Assembly: GCA_051362555.1 (NCBI GenBank)
Contig: CM120640.1
Location: 13,268,001 to 13,332,000 of the forward strand
DNA length: 64,000 nucleotides
From: Lingula anatina
Taxonomy: Eukaryota; Animalia; Brachiopoda
Direction of reading: 5' to 3'
Part shown: positions 1 to 13,116 of the stretch, piece after piece
Layout: each line of letters begins with the position of its first letter
How positions within the stretch are numbered: position 1 is the first letter of the stretch
The notes under the pieces: model-generated
Seen by the model: only the letters and a program-made list of their open reading frames with translations
The model's database searches: none
What the model was told of the DNA's origin: nothing
Translations under genes and position numbers: made by a program

Positions 1-2110
1 ACAAATCGGCTTCCAGTCAGTATTACATGGACTGTCTGAGACGGTCACGATTTCAGCACGTATCGGAACTAGACAATGTTTTGAGACCGTGACACAGGCT
101 TTCATTGTTGTTAAAATAATTTTATTCAAAATCTCAATTATTAACTAAAACCAAGGACGTGAACTAAATTCAGTTAACGTCCTTGCTAAAACATAAACAT
201 ATATGCTTTTTCGTCATATAATCTGGTGAGTCCAAAGCCGGTCACAGCTAATGCAATTCCACTGTAAGTCCTTTTGAATGGACGGAGAGATGGAATAAGT
301 TTGGTCAGACGTGACCTGTTTACATGAACTAATCAACAACATAAATAAACATCAAACATATTTAACATGTGATCTTTTCCTGGAAGTCACACTTTATGTT
401 GTCTACGTATTGTTTGTCTACGGATTTTAAAAACTGATTTGCAATAGTTTTCTCCTTTTTGTCAACATTATTCAAAATGTTAACAATTCTTTGCTGAGCT
501 CCCTTTGGCTGTTTGTTGAGTTGGTGCTTCAACACTATTCCACATTTGGATGAATAAGAATCCACTTTTTGCCCCCCTTAAACGACATTCGAACTTTAAG
601 AAGAGTGAGAACACTTCTGCATAGGGTAAGGCTTTTGAAAACTAACCATATTTTACCTTCCGGTAAGGATATATCATTTGAAAAATTGACGAATGGACAA
701 ATAAATCTGATCGTTACAGTTGTCAAAATACCTTGTGTAACTTACTCGAAAGGCATGGTGGGCGTAGATTACTGTATCCGGAAATACAAACTAAGAATAT
801 TTCTAAGCAGCTGTATTGCTCGTCTTATTAACTTGATTTGATTTATGCTCGACTGATCCGCTAGGAATAAGCCGATGTTTCATTTCAGAAGTAACAAACA
901 GCGAACCTATTTTGACTCTAATTAACACGGCAGCATTTATCCTAATCCAGTGTTGCCCAATCGCTCTGAAAGGAAAGGCAGCTTGTATATTTATTCATTA
1001 ATTTTACAGTACTTACTTTATCCATGTGATTATTTTGTTTTATTTTATTTATTCATCTATTTACTGCAGATATTTTTGAAGAAATGAGTACACCTTTGCA
1101 GGCAGACGGTCATGAATAACAAACTCAACGAGTCTAATATCGAAGACATTCATAATGGTTTTATGGCAAACAAATTGGTATACTAACGGCATATGAATGT
1201 ATATCTAATAGATTGCAGTGAAAGGGGACATGGCACCTTATGTAGTTACTTGTACTTGACGTCTGTTAGAAGTCAGGAGAGAAGAACTTAATGAACCAGC
1301 ACTCTGTTTGACAAGTGATGTATGCAGAAATCTTAGCCTTCTAAGTCTTCCGTTATACAATGTATTTTCCCTTTCATGTAGGTGATAAAAAGGTTTGCTA
1401 AATATAGTTAAAGCACCCCGCACTTCAAAGACATTTTCTTGACGATATTTGTTTCCCGGCTTTAATGTCTGTTGGAAACTATACGCTACTAGAGAGCTGG
1501 GTTTCCACCAATAAATACCAGGAAATTTTAGAGTAGAATTTGCCAAGACGTCATCAAAATTGTGGGTTAAACTAAGTCCTGCAGCGGTTAAATGTAGATG
1601 TACACTTTTAAAGAATTCTGTTCACCCTTAACTGGCATGCAGCATTTAGTTTATGCCAGTTTTTTTAATTAGAGCTTCAATGCGTTTCGTGCCTTTTTTT
1701 AAAGAAATTCATGTCAATAAACGTGATTCGCTCACATCGGAGGCGAATCATGCCCGGATCAGGCATGTTTATGCAGTTGTCAGGTATGCAATATCAGTTT
1801 GTAATTCCAGAATACAAAAAAAGAATGAATTGGCGAACAAAATTAATTTTACCTCAGAAATAAAGATAAAAACACACAAAAAACTTGTTTAACATTCGAT
1901 TTATGAAGTATTTAGCACAAATAATTCGCCCCTTTTTCTTGAAGAATTATTTATCAGACCAGTAAAGTGATAAACCATCTGAATATATCTCCCCAAGCTT
2001 ATATACTTCCTTAAACAAAATGAACTTGTAGGTTTGGGTTTGTCAGTCTGTACGAGTTCGATTTAGTCATCATTGTTAGTAAGAGATTGTTAGTAAGACA
2101 TATTTTTCAA

Positions 2111-2455
2111 AGGGATAACAACTGTTCATTTTGGCCAAAAAAAATGAATTTTCCTGGGGTAAAGGACAATTTTCCAATACTTACCAATGGTATATGAATC
2201 CATTCCAATATTCAAAAGAAGTCCCCGGTTTTTTTTTCTAAAAAAAAGTTTGGTTTTTTGTAATAATCTCTTAAGAGATTATTACAGAGTGTAGCCATCT
2301 ATGGAGGTCACATGATGTGATGGCAAGCACAAATTCAAAAATAATTTGTGTTAACCGCCGTTTTGGGGGTAAAATAGAATTTATTGTATTTCTATGAGTT
2401 ATTTACAATGTATTTATTGTGAAATATGGATATCTTAGGAACGGTTGTTATCCCT
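2111..2455. mobile_element. MITE with 17-bp TIRs and TTAA-type flanks (Kolobok-like)
   Basis: agggataacaactgttc at 2111 and gaacggttgttatccct ending 2455 (1 mismatch). Flanks are tcaa (left) and ttaa (right). Confidence 0.7.
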
Positions 2456-3601
2456 TTAACAATGTGTTTTTCTGCAACTCAAGAGGAAATGATGCAACAA
2501 CAGGCTGTTTGTCTCTGCACAGAGTATTTCAATCGACCACAGGCGCACTGCCTTTGCATAATGTTGCTTTTTAGGGTCCAAAAAGTCTACCTTTTAGAAA
2601 AATGAGAAATAAATAAATATGCTTTATTCATACTTTCTGCACCAGACTGAGCTGGTGAAAATGTACAGAGATATAATAGCAACAATGATAATGATAATAA
2701 TAATAATAAAATAAATATGCTTAAACCTTAATTAGGTGTTGTTTAATCGTATCCCATTATGTAACCATATATCATTATATAGTTTCACCACATTGGAATA
2801 AACAAAAACACCGTTTCAAACGGTTTACAGCTGTGGTGTGATTAATTGTAAACAAAAACACATGGACTTGAGTGTGTGACAATTTTCTGATCAAGAATGT
2901 ATACAATCACAATGAGATCCTTCCTTTCAAAAATACTTTTTTTCATATCTCACCTCTGATTACCTTGAGTTATGTCAAAAAGATTAATGTTGCTTTTGTG
3001 TCGTGTGACGAACCGTTTGTCTAAAATATCAAGAGGATTGATATCAATAAATCACTACTGCCATCGCAAAAAAATCAAAGCAAGTGTAGGTAGAATAAAA
3101 ATTGATTAATATTTTGCCCCGAACCCACTGCCTTCTTTCTTTATTGCTTTCATGTCCTCTAGCACAGAATTAAATACCTGCCTAGGATACCAAATAAAAG
3201 CAACTTACTCGAGAATTGCAATATAATGCACGCCTTAATTACCATAATCCGATGAAGGTCTGTGTAACATTTCGATATCTGAGATAAAAGACTGGCAAAA
3301 ACAGATTTTGATAACTATGAGGAAAGGCGCTGTGTAGGCATGAATCACAAGTGCAGCAATACATAAACAGGACTCTGCTGCAGGAAAAACAAGATTACAA
3401 GATGTTCAGCGGCGACCTGCTCCCTGATTAAAGAAAAAGAAAAAGAGGCCCAGTCTGAGGTAATTTTAGCAGCTTTTGCCAAAACCTATTTGAGGCATAA
3501 ATTGTTTTGCAAAACAGAGACCAAAAGACTTGTCAAAGACATATATAGACACTGAACTGAGTTGCCTTTATGACAGGAATGGTAGTCTGCTAGGAACTGT
3601 G

Positions 3602-3899
3602 GTCCGTTTCCCATTATCCTGTACAAGTGACATTTGTCCCATATTCTAATCCTAATACCCCCACTGCCCCTAACCTATGCTAATATTAATCATGTGGGAC
3701 CCTGCACTTCCAGAGAGCTAACATTCCTGTCACACCGGTCTAGTGAGGTTTGTGACAGTAGGGGCCGGTGTCACGAAACTGAGGGTCAGTGTGACAGAAA
3801 GTCCGCCCTTCATATAGTTATAATGGTTAGGGTTAGTCTGACCTAAGTGGGTCAAAATCTAGGGCGAGGCTCACCTGTACAAAGTAATGGGAAGCGGAC
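3602..3899. mobile_element. Non-autonomous DNA element with ~29-bp TIRs and telomere-like subterminal motifs
   Basis: gtccgtttcccattatcctgtacaagtga / tcacctgtacaaagtaatgggaagcggac. Internal ccctaacct on the left, ggttagggttag on the right, and repeated tgtcacac/gtgtgaca motifs. Confidence 0.7.
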
Positions 3900-4227
3900 T
3901 CTCTGTCGCGGGGCACTTTCTGGTACATGACTGTAATCTATTTCTCATAATGAAGTCCTATCAATATGCAACAGTAGATTAGGCTATAAATACGAAAAAA
4001 AAAAAAAAAAAAAAAAAACAGAAGCTTGCGAAATTGTAGTTGTAGGTAAGTATGCTTAGATACTGGTCTTATTCCCGTGGGTTCGAATCCAAAGCAAAGG
4101 CTCTGTCTTCCATTTTTTTTCGCTTGAACAACACAGCCAAACGCCACAGCACAAGTAATTCGTCCTACTACTTAATGTTTGGAAGATAAGACATCAAGTA
4201 TCCGATCTACCAGATCTACAAGATCGC

Positions 4228-4229
4228 AA

Positions 4230-4272
<43 letters not shown>

Positions 4273-4273
4273 A
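4228..4273. repeat. (AAAT)n microsatellite
   Basis: About 11 tandem AAAT units. Confidence 0.95.
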
Positions 4274-4319
4274 AATATAATAATATAGAATACATATCGG
4301 AAAAACATGACATCGCCAA

Positions 4320-5286
4320 ATATGAAAAAATATTACGCTACTAGTTAGTCAGTCAGTATTACGTTTCATATACGCTTCCCATACGCTGCATTTATCAAAC
4401 CACCGAATTAAAAATTAGCTGTTACGTATATTTAGCGTCAGTCTAGCTTATTTGCCGTATGCCTAGCGTATTCCTAACGTATGCGTAACATACGGGTAAC
4501 GTACGACTCCTTCTGCGTAAATAAGCGAACACCAACGTCTGCATGTATATGCAAACCGTATAACGGCGTAAAACAACGAACTCACTGTGTTTGTCTGCGT
4601 ATTTCATATGTTAGTGCAACACGCTGTATTGTGAGAGTGCCCCATATTTTGGTTCGTTTAGGTAACGTTAAGGTTATGATATTGAACTTAACACGAAATA
4701 CAGTTCATTATTGGCATTGACAACACTTAAATAAATTCCATTTTTTTAATTTAACCATAATAATGGTGGGCTGTTAACTGGATCGGTTCCAATCGGTGTT
4801 GTAAAAGAGCTATCCCCATCCTGTCCAACTGGCAGAGCTATGATGGTAGTGTGATAATGGTGCTATATTTATACCACAGACTATAAATCGATGGGATACG
4901 TTTTCCAAACGCTAATCACGCGTTAGGCATACGTAAAATAGGCTAATCGATGGTTACAAATACGATCAATACGTTACTCGTTCGCAACTACTGCGTTACT
5001 ACGCAAAGCTATATTGGTCACTGTATGAGAAACAGACTTTATTGTAATTTTAATGTTATTCTACTGCATGCATTACGTATCCCTTTTGCTAACGTATGGA
5101 TAACGAAGACTCAAACGCTCGCAAAAGCTGAAAATTTATGAACATTATCAAAATATTCTATCCCCTTCTGCGTATGCGGGCGTACACCAACGTTTACCTT
5201 TATACTAGAAACGAATCTCTCATGTTTGTCTGCGTATGTGTAAATTTTCCAGTACGTTGGTGCTATACGCTATGTGTTACAGGGCC
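4320..5286. mobile_element. PIF/Harbinger-like non-autonomous element (right end only), CGTA/TACG-rich
   Basis: Ends in gtgttacagggcc|tta, with dense tacg/cgta subterminal motifs. The left TIR was not found, so the left boundary is approximate. Confidence 0.45.
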
Positions 5287-5292
5287 TTATAA

Positions 5293-5612
5293 GGTACTGT
5301 CACACTGAGCGAATAACATTGACGTTTGAGAGAAATTGCCCAATTGCAAGCGGTTCGTTAGACTTAGACATACGCCGTATACGTCGCATGTACGAAGACA
5401 AACGTTGGTGTACGTTCGCATACGAAGAGGGAGATAAAATGATTTGAGCATGAACAAAAACCAATTTAATAGGCTGCTTATACAGGAATGTCCACTTTCA
5501 TACGCTGGAAAAAGGTTGCTTTCATACACTCATAGATGCACGTATCGGTTTGGCATACGATACTCATACAAGTACATACAGGTACCCATTTACGCCAGGT
5601 GTAACAGAGCTC
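5293..5612. mobile_element. PIF/Harbinger-like MITE
   Basis: taa|ggtactgtcacac ... gtgtaacagagctc|tta: degenerate TIRs with TWA flanks and the same tacg-rich interior as the neighbouring element. Confidence 0.55.
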
Positions 5613-8600
5613 TTACACCGGGCTTGTCACCTCTTGGCGAACGAATTTTGCTCTCAAAGCAGTTGCACGTTCAGTATCACCGGGGCGTAAGCGTGAAAGT
5701 TTTTGTCACAACTGAGAGTAATAACCAATGACAAGACATGACTGTTCGCTCAGGGTGCCTTGGTTAAAAACAAACTAAACAACCCTAAATGTTATAAGTG
5801 AATTGTACCTTATCTGTTCAAATTTTAGTGGTCTTTGCGGGAACTAATTTTGTATTTTGGTCGTTTTGTGCATTATATTTTCGCCTCCCCTCTTTCAAAC
5901 AAATTGCCATTAAAATGGCAAAAGAATTTTGTTTAATTTCTCATTTAGCTTAGGGGACATAACCTTCTGTCGACAAAATATCGATCATATTAGCTGATTC
6001 ATGGAATTGTTGTCCTCTCTTCAATTTGGCTCCTTTCATATGGTTTCAGGAATAAGTGATCTGAGGACTAATTTGTCCTCTCATTCTTTGGAAGTCTATT
6101 TTAATCAAAGCTAGAATATGTCGCCCTGAGCATCAGAGCTTGGCTATTTAAACGTTATTAATGTCAATGGAAATCATCTTGAGGCAGCTGAAAACGAGGC
6201 TGTGGGCATTGCATGGCGTCATACGAGACTCGAAAACGTGCGAGAATCGGCGTGAGGTGGGATTAACTTGTTAGGAATACGAAATGTTGTTTAGTAAAAT
6301 GCAAAGCATGGTGAATATATGCTTTGGTGTTCAAATGCGTCTAATTATACGTATAAAACGCAAGCGAAAACATGCCAGAAAATATCCTTAGATAAATTCT
6401 GTTAGCTTTCATTCGCCGCCGCACCTCAATCATTGTCTTTTTCTGATCCCAACTCCAAATCCCGCGAGATCCCACCTGACTTTACGCTAAATTGCGATAC
6501 TTTGGGCTATTTCGGGTGATCCCTGTTCCGACCGCAGTGCATCGGATTCAAGTTTTTTAACTACAATATTTTACATGGATAGAGTCGACATCAAAAGCTT
6601 ATTGAATAGAATACTAGTACACTGGGAATTTAATAACATTTCACAAAAACACATAATGAAATGTATCATGCCGATCTTTTTGATCGGCAATTTGATGAAA
6701 ACAGTTCTCGTCTTCTTAAATAACCTGTGTTTCTGCCAAAACGGTTTATACTAAAACTGTCCTTTCAATTTTATACACTGTAGAATGATAACAGGTTTCA
6801 AAAAAGATTTATATGTTTAGACTGACATAAGGATGAAACAAGGCAGCAAAGCTGTCAAATGTACATACAAAAAGCAGAAAATAATAATGCAAAAAATAGG
6901 ATACTGTTATGCTTAACTGCATAGTCAACAACAAATTTTAATTATGCACAGCAGGTAATACCGATGAAAGTAAAAGCATAAGGCTTCAGGCCCATGAGAG
7001 TTCAAGTTTATACCTAGAAAATGCCAGAATGAGAAAAATGTAAATTTCACCAAAAATTGCATAAATTCAATTAAAAAAATGATAATCCAATATAGCTGTC
7101 ACACCTTGAAAATGCCGAAATGTAAACAAGAAATAACAGTACTGTAATGAGTTTATTTCCAGTTTCAACACCTTTTTCACATAAAATAATCAATTTCCAG
7201 TCATTTTATAGGATCAACTAAGAAAATGGTTGACATACGAAAAATATCAGAAAAACAATTTAAAATGTCCAATTGGCTCCATTCTGAGATTCTGAACATA
7301 GCGAATGATTCATTCTGACAAACTGCAATGATATGAGTTTATTTTCATTTTTGACACTTTATTACGCAATAAAGGATAACAGGTTTACCATCATTTTTAT
7401 ATCTAATTAGTTCAATAATGAGACTGTTAACGTGCCTAACAATTAAATCTGAAGAAAAACCACTCATATGCAAAAAAGGCATAACTTCATCAAAACTTAA
7501 CCGATTAAGCTTATTTTCGAACTGGATCTGCATATTCGTCAGACTGATCACTCCTGTGAGTTGCAAGACAATAGGCTGACACATCTGTGTCTGTACATAA
7601 AAATAATTGATTAACAATATGATTTAAAACTGCTTTTCGCCACAAAAGCATGTCTTTAGACCACCCTTATACCATGGCCGCAATGACGGATTTGCATGAC
7701 ATTACCGGTACATGCACTTGTTTTCATCTTACAGGTTTGTGACTACTTTTTCAATCATCTCTCCTGCATACCCGAACACCAAAACTTAGTTTGAATGGTT
7801 CACGTTTTCCTGGTTATGTTATACACAGTAGGCCTGTAAGCGAATAATTAAAAAGTTTACCATGTGTGAATTCTGCAGGGGAATTAACTGTGCTCTGTTG
7901 GATAACAAATGAACCAGAATCAGCTCAAAAATCTTTTTCAGCATTCTTATTTCAACACCAGTCGTTCATTTACTGGCCGAAAAAGGCTACTGCCTCTCGT
8001 GAGACCAATTAACCCACTGAAAATCTCACGAGTGTGCGTCAGCGAATAATTATACAGGTTTGATATTAGTCTCATGGCCTAAGGAATTAATGAGACCTTG
8101 TGTATAAATTGGGTGTTGTGAGTTTGCACCTTTAATTTTAAAGCAATTAATTTTAATTAAATGTGGTATTGGTTTACCAGTGAGGATGACAATGACAATC
8201 TTTGAGCTGAATGACAATCTTTGAGACATTTTGCTTTTTGTAATATGCAGCTAAATGTTTCACCTCGTATGACCCATTGACCATCAAATAATACCGTGGC
8301 TTCTTTTCAGTTTAAATCGCCTAGCAATTTACACGGCACAGTCATCGGAAGCTGACTTTGGCTTAGCAGTCTAATCGTTCGTGTAACGCTCTTATGCCGA
8401 TATCGATTTACAAAGTTGGCTATCATATTTTAGCAGTTTACTTTGACTCAAAACAGGCCTTTTCACATTTAACTGTATTTTTTTTATAAAAGACTATTTT
8501 TGTCTGTTTCGGGAATAATACATATTTACTCTGAAACTAACGGTATTATGTTATAAACATATTGATTTATACTTGTAGAATATAATGAATAGATAAAAAA

Positions 8601-11454
8601 AAAACAAAACAAAAAAAAAAAAAAAAAACACTCTCGATTGTTAAGTCGGGTACAAAAGAATCGTCGGTATGTTTTCCTGCCCCCCCCCCCCCCCCCCCCA
8701 CACACACACATAGTATATGTATAGGTGTGTCTCATGGTAACCTCCCATGGGCATGTTTTTCGTCCTCAATACCATCATGCATTTTACTTATTTTTCAAAA
8801 GGGGTTATTGAGACTTATTTGCTATATCCATGTACCTTTATGTATTTCTAAGTCATGAGCCCCAACTCTGAAACTTGCGAGGTGACAGAGCTCTTTTTTG
8901 GAACGTCACGTAAAATGGTATATTTATCTATTTTATAGTTATTTTTGAACAACTAATATGCCCTAAATAATTTATTAATTATGTAAATTTTCCTTTAATA
9001 AGTGCCAAGAAGTATGTTTCTATAATGCAGTAACCTCAGCTGCAATTTCAATGAGATCGTTTTCAAGTAATTTAATGTTTAGTCTGGGTTACGTAATTCA
9101 TTGCATGCACCCAGTTTCTAGAGATCTTATGGTTGCTGAGGAATATTTTCTTCACGAACGGAGTATTTTCCACGGCCATTGTGTGTTATGTTTACCAGTA
9201 AACCACCGTCTGCTGATTATATCCACATACCCGTTATTAATAAGATCTGTTTGAACTGAAACGTGGCGGTTCGTCTTGCTACTGTTAATACTTTATTTGC
9301 TGTGCATTATGTTATCTATTCTTAAAACAATTGCATTTTTGAATGTAATGCTATTAATTATGTACAATCCCATCTTGTACTCTGATTGTTATACTCTATG
9401 ACAACAAAATTAACTTTCACCGTATATAAGCATGGAGAGGAATAAAATCATGTAGGTGGTCATCATTCAATTTTGATATGTTCTTATTATACAGTATATA
9501 TCCAGTTATTTAATCTAGATGTAAGTATATTAAACGCCTACGGTCAATTTGTCCGCCAAGGACCTAGCCAAATTAATTAATGTATGTTTAACGTGTACCA
9601 GTCTCTGTAATTGTTTGGACTTATGAAACTGTAGAACTAATGCGTTTTTTTGTGTTTTGTTTTGTCATAATGTCTATAAACTAAGTTGATGGAAAAGTGT
9701 GGTTGTGACTGCCAAAGTAAAGTCAACATTGCCAAGTACAAGTATAATAAAGGTTTTCTTATTACGAATACCTACAGGTATATCTGGAACAATGAGTTCT
9801 TTACTGAGCAGCCAACATGTTTTATCAAGATGCTTCAGAGATTTTTTAAGGAAATATATATTTTAATAGAAGCCCGGATTTCTCACGATATTTGTTTTAG
9901 ACTTTTGATAATTGTCCAATTTTTATCAAAACCATCTGATCAAGCTGATACGTTTGAAGTCACCTACATTGTGATTTTCAAATGTCACCAACATCTTTAA
10001 TGGATTAGCATATCTGCAGCACTGGAGCACTCGGTAGGCCCCGAGGTTCAACACCCGTCAAAATGACTAACGTTGCGAATAAAGCAGCTTTATTTGACAT
10101 GTTGAAATGTCAAAGATTTAACATATAATCGGGCAACTTGTACGTCTAAGGACTTGGAAAAGGTTGCGCAGCAAAAACACCGCCGTGTTTGATAAAGTGT
10201 GGTGATCATTTGGAAGGTGTCCAGGGGCGAATTATGACTTATAATGTAGCAAAAACACAACGTGTCAAATCTTAATTAAATCTCCATGCCCAATTGGGAT
10301 TTATGCTCAAGGTATTATGTTTAAGATTATGCATCTGCTGTCATCCGCAGATCGACGTTAGGGGAAAAAAAGCTCTTTTGCCCTCGTTGCAAAACTACGG
10401 TTAGATGTACGAGTGAAAAACCAAGCATAACTTTGGCTTTTCACATTTAGAGCAAGAAATCTGTTATTTACATGTATTAGTAGTAAGGACAAGGCCTAAA
10501 GTGCCAATTACCAATATTGCTGCATATATTTTAGACAAAAGAGAGGTAAATACAGGAACTTGACACAAACATAATAATAATGATAATAATGATAGTAATT
10601 CTTATTATTCAGCTAATATATATATATGCACAAAATATAATAGCAATTTGAATACCAACGGAGCTATTAAAAGTGATGAAAATAGTAATTATTATAGTAA
10701 AATCCTGAAGTTTAAGATGTGAAAATAAAATGGCTAATAAGAATAAATGGCTAATAATTACAATTAAAATTAGAGTTAAAACTGGAAACAGCAAGAGGGT
10801 TAAACTTTTTTTAAGACTTCTAACTTCCTTTAAAAGTTAGAAGCCTTTTGTCACTTGCTAAAAATGTAAGCAAGCTAAACGTAGGGTGATATAAGCCACT
10901 CATCGTTGTATCGAAGGCAAGGCATATGTACATGTATATTCTTGGCTGTTGTTATTTTTTCGCTGTATTAACCCTAGGGAAATGAGAATTTCTCCATATT
11001 AAAATAAAATGAGCAGCAAACAACGGATATTTGACGAACCTGAAATGCAGGCCATTCGATAAGTTAGGAAAAGTTCATCAGACCTTCACAGCCCAGCTCC
11101 CTCCAGTTATTTCTCGACCAAGTGGAAGGACCTTTACTTGGAGAAACAAGCCACCCGTTACTATGTGATAGAGGTTCATGTGCAAATTTTGTTTGCTCAA
11201 TTTTTTCTTAACTTTTAACTGGTTAGTAGTTAGTTATTTAGTTAGTTAGTTATATTAATCAGAGACTGTTAACAGTTATCCTTCAGATAAATCATATTGT
11301 CCATATACTGCAAACGAACATTGGCAGCGTGGAGAAATTAAACGCTTCTCTACAAATTTTGAAACGTTAAACTGTTTTTCAGCTTCTCTTCACAGCTATC
11401 ACCGTCCTTCCATCGTTTTTATGACAAGAAGCTAAACACTGCTGTGCATATATA

Positions 11455-13116
11455 CAGGGTTACCACTTAATATGGAATATTATTTTTGGCGAGTAAATTT
11501 TCTACAAAATATTCAATTTCTCTCTAACTACTTTAAATCCAAAGCGGAGGTGTCACTCCATGTGTAGCCAGGTGTGTTACCTATTTACCACACAACTCTC
11601 GAAACAATTGATGCATGCAGTTGCATGTTCTGTGGTCAGAAATGTGAGGGGTGGTATTTTCGGCAATTTCTGCCCTTGTATAAAAACGCATGGGTTTGGT
11701 CAATCTTTGGAGTGTGTTTAGAGAAGCAACAAAGGGATCGCTCTGAAACTTGACAGGATTTTAGTGAAGATATGGTTCGACAGCTAAGCAACGCAGCTTA
11801 CTATGGGATTCTTGCTCTCAGAGAAAATGGCCAGAAACGGACAGCCATTGCCAGGTAATTCAACATTTATCAGGAACCGTTTGTGAAGTCCTCCAAAGAA
11901 ATGCTGCAACAGGAGCACCTACTCCAATACCTCGACCAGGGTGTCCGCGTATCACACCAAGAAGACAGGATCGCTTTCTCCTTAGAGGACGCCGTGCTGG
12001 TCGTACAAAGACAACCAGTGTCCTCAGAAAAGAGAGGCAGAATGTCATTCAAACGCCCGTTTCAAGGTCCCTCGTGAACAAGAAATTACTGCAAGTCGGT
12101 TATTTTGCACGAAGGCCAGTAGGGAAACCACTGTTAACAGCAGGTCATATACAGCGACGTCTGCAGTGGGCTGGGGACCACGTGCATTTGCAGCCAAAAC
12201 TCTGGAATCACGTCGTTTTCAGTGATGAGGCCAGATATGGATTTTTTTAGGGTTGATCGTCGAATCCGTGTCCACCGACGTGTACGAGGGGCATAAAACG
12301 ATGATTGTGTACTGCCTAGGGTGCAAGCAGGGGATGGTAACGTCTCTGTTTGGGGAGCATTTCATGTCGGTGCCCAGAACCAGTTGGTTTTTCTAGGAGG
12401 CAACCTCATCCAGGATTCCTACAGAGACATTCTACAGACAACAATGCTTCGATTGGTAAGAGTCATCTTCAGGAACAACTTTGTGTACCAAGACGACTGC
12501 GCAACCCCACATCGAGGCCGCAGAGATCACTGTTTTTCTTCAAAACCAATGGGTTCAGCAACTGCCCTGGCCTGCAAACTCTCCAGATATGAACCAAATT
12601 GAAAATCTGTGGGCGGAAGTAACTCACAGAATTAATAACTATGGTCCTCGGTCGGTAAATAGTGATGAACTGCGACAGGCAAATATCACTACGTGGAAAG
12701 ATATCCCCACCCAAACTCTAAAAAACGTGTCACAGGGTACGCCATGTTGGATGAGTGCGCTGCAAGCGGCAGCTGGAGGTCATACCCGCAATTACTGACT
12801 TTTCATGATTTACTGTAGTGAGTTCTTTGACTGTGTAGCATATCACTGTCCGGAGGCTATCATTTTCTTTAATATCTTATCTTAAAGTTTATACTGACAT
12901 CAAACTGTTGATATGGTTTTCTGGGGGTGTTCCTTTCTTTTGAATGGCATCTTATGTCAGATTTATTATCATTGACCAAAGTATCTCACAACAGAAGACT
13001 GGATGTTATTATCACTCAGTTACATACTTTTTTAATGACTCAAGCCAAAAAAAAAAAATTAATCAGCATTCAAAAATAACAATGATAAAAAATATCCATA
13101 TTAAGTAGCAACCCTG
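11455..13116 (+). mobile_element. Tc1/mariner (DD34E Tc1-type) DNA transposon, full length, inactive
   Basis: Terminal inverted repeats cagggttaccacttaatatgga / tccatattaagtagcaaccctg (22 bp, 2 mismatches), flanked by TA on both sides (11453-54, 13117-18). Encloses a disrupted transposase. Confidence 0.92.
11772..12798 (+). pseudogene. Tc1 transposase pseudogene
   Basis: ATG at 11772 (MVRQLS...AIAR*), then the motifs HVVFSDEARY, VSVWGAF, FVYQDDCATPH, WPANSPDMNQIENLW and AAGGHTRNY spread across frames by stops and frameshifts. Confidence 0.9.

Noticed and set aside
4030-4110. tRNA or SINE-like B box (ggttcgaatcc)
   Set aside because: No cloverleaf or clear A box could be built; at most a decayed SINE head.
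7470-7540. Helitron/HINE-like motif (aaaggcataacttc...gaactggatctg); a similar candidate lies near 30520-30720
   Set aside because: Resembles common mollusc repeats, but I could not define termini or a hairpin.
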